Program-made: the position numbers and the translations under genes
Notes under the pieces: model-generated
The model's input: only the letters and a program-made list of their open reading frames with translations
Told to the model about the DNA's origin: nothing
The model's database searches: none
Shown here: piece by piece, positions 33,422 to 33,565 of the stretch
Layout of the letters: each line of letters starts with the position of its first letter
Numbering within the stretch: position 1 is the stretch's first letter
Source of the DNA: an uncultured Ktedonobacteraceae bacterium
Lineage (GTDB): Bacteria > Chloroflexota > Ktedonobacteria > Ktedonobacterales > Ktedonobacteraceae
Direction: 5' to 3'
Length of the DNA: 33,565 nucleotides
Assembly (NCBI GenBank): GCA_955652655.1
Contig: CATPCK010000675.1
Location: forward strand, 1 to 33,565

Positions 33422-33565
33422 CACTCCTCCTCCTCTCGCTCGAAACACCCTTGTTTCTCCTCCAGGCAGCGGTGGAGAGACCCCCAAAAGGACTGTACTG
33501 CCGCAAGCGTACGCAGATCCTCGAGTGTGATATTTGGGGCGCGGAAGCGGACGTGTTTGCCGCCG
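33421..33565 (-). CDS. C-terminal fragment (47 codons) of an unidentified protein, translationally coupled to the downstream small gene
   Basis: The reverse-complement frame reads GGKHVRFRAPNITLEDLRTLAAVQSFWGSLHRCLEEKQGCFEREEEE-stop. Its TGA (33423..33421) overlaps the next ATG by 1 nt (TGATG). The frame is open to the window edge. No family recognised. Confidence 0.4.
   Translation of the reverse strand, partial: GGKHVRFRAPNITLEDLRTLAAVQSFWGSLHRCLEEKQGCFEREEEE

Noticed and set aside
1-33565. CRISPR arrays, tRNA/rRNA genes, transposases/integrases, prophage or known defence-system genes
   Set aside because: A scan by eye on both strands found no spaced direct-repeat arrays, no tRNA T-arm/acceptor patterns, no rRNA-like stretches and no recombinase-like ORFs. 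The only toxin-like module is the VapBC pair.

Overview
This is a mostly housekeeping chromosomal window from a Gram-positive-like bacterium of about 50% GC. It is probably a Chloroflexota or Ktedonobacteria-type organism. That guess rests on the MurF-Alr fusion, a glycine T-box, P/Q-rich membrane-protein tails and a GC-rich palindromic element whose translation reads VGATLAVAL or GRPY; it is an inference, not a search result. I see no rRNA, tRNA, CRISPR array, transposase or integrase. Gene order: (1) a glycerol / glycerol-3-phosphate (G3P) / phospholipid block with glpF (partial), glpK, two divergent GlpP-family antiterminator paralogues, pgsA and plsY; (2) panC; (3) a membrane-anchored alpha/beta hydrolase fused to a C-terminal zinc ribbon; (4) greA behind a near-consensus promoter and a ~285-nt leader; (5) two hypothetical proteins; (6) a minus-strand run of MA-family metallopeptidase, dprA, a murF-alr fusion and a DAG-kinase-family lipid kinase; (7) a class A PBP; (8) hrcA-dnaK, a structured spacer, then dnaJ, with no grpE; (9) an EEP-family protein; (10) glyQS with a clear glycine T-box leader; (11) a small accessory-looking stretch with a VapBC-like RHH/PIN pair, an ABC-2 exporter pair, an uncharacterised two-domain nucleotidyltransferase-fold protein and a DinB-family protein; (12) a threonine/serine dehydratase and a small conserved hypothetical coupled to a truncated upstream gene. 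I do not see a compelling novel multi-gene system. The most second-look-worthy items are the twin GlpP paralogues around a G3P-centred module, the CIRCE-like operator variant with compensatory changes, the structured palindromic element between dnaK and dnaJ, the two-domain NTase protein, and the hydrolase/zinc-ribbon fusion. All homology statements come from recognising motifs by eye; no searches were run.
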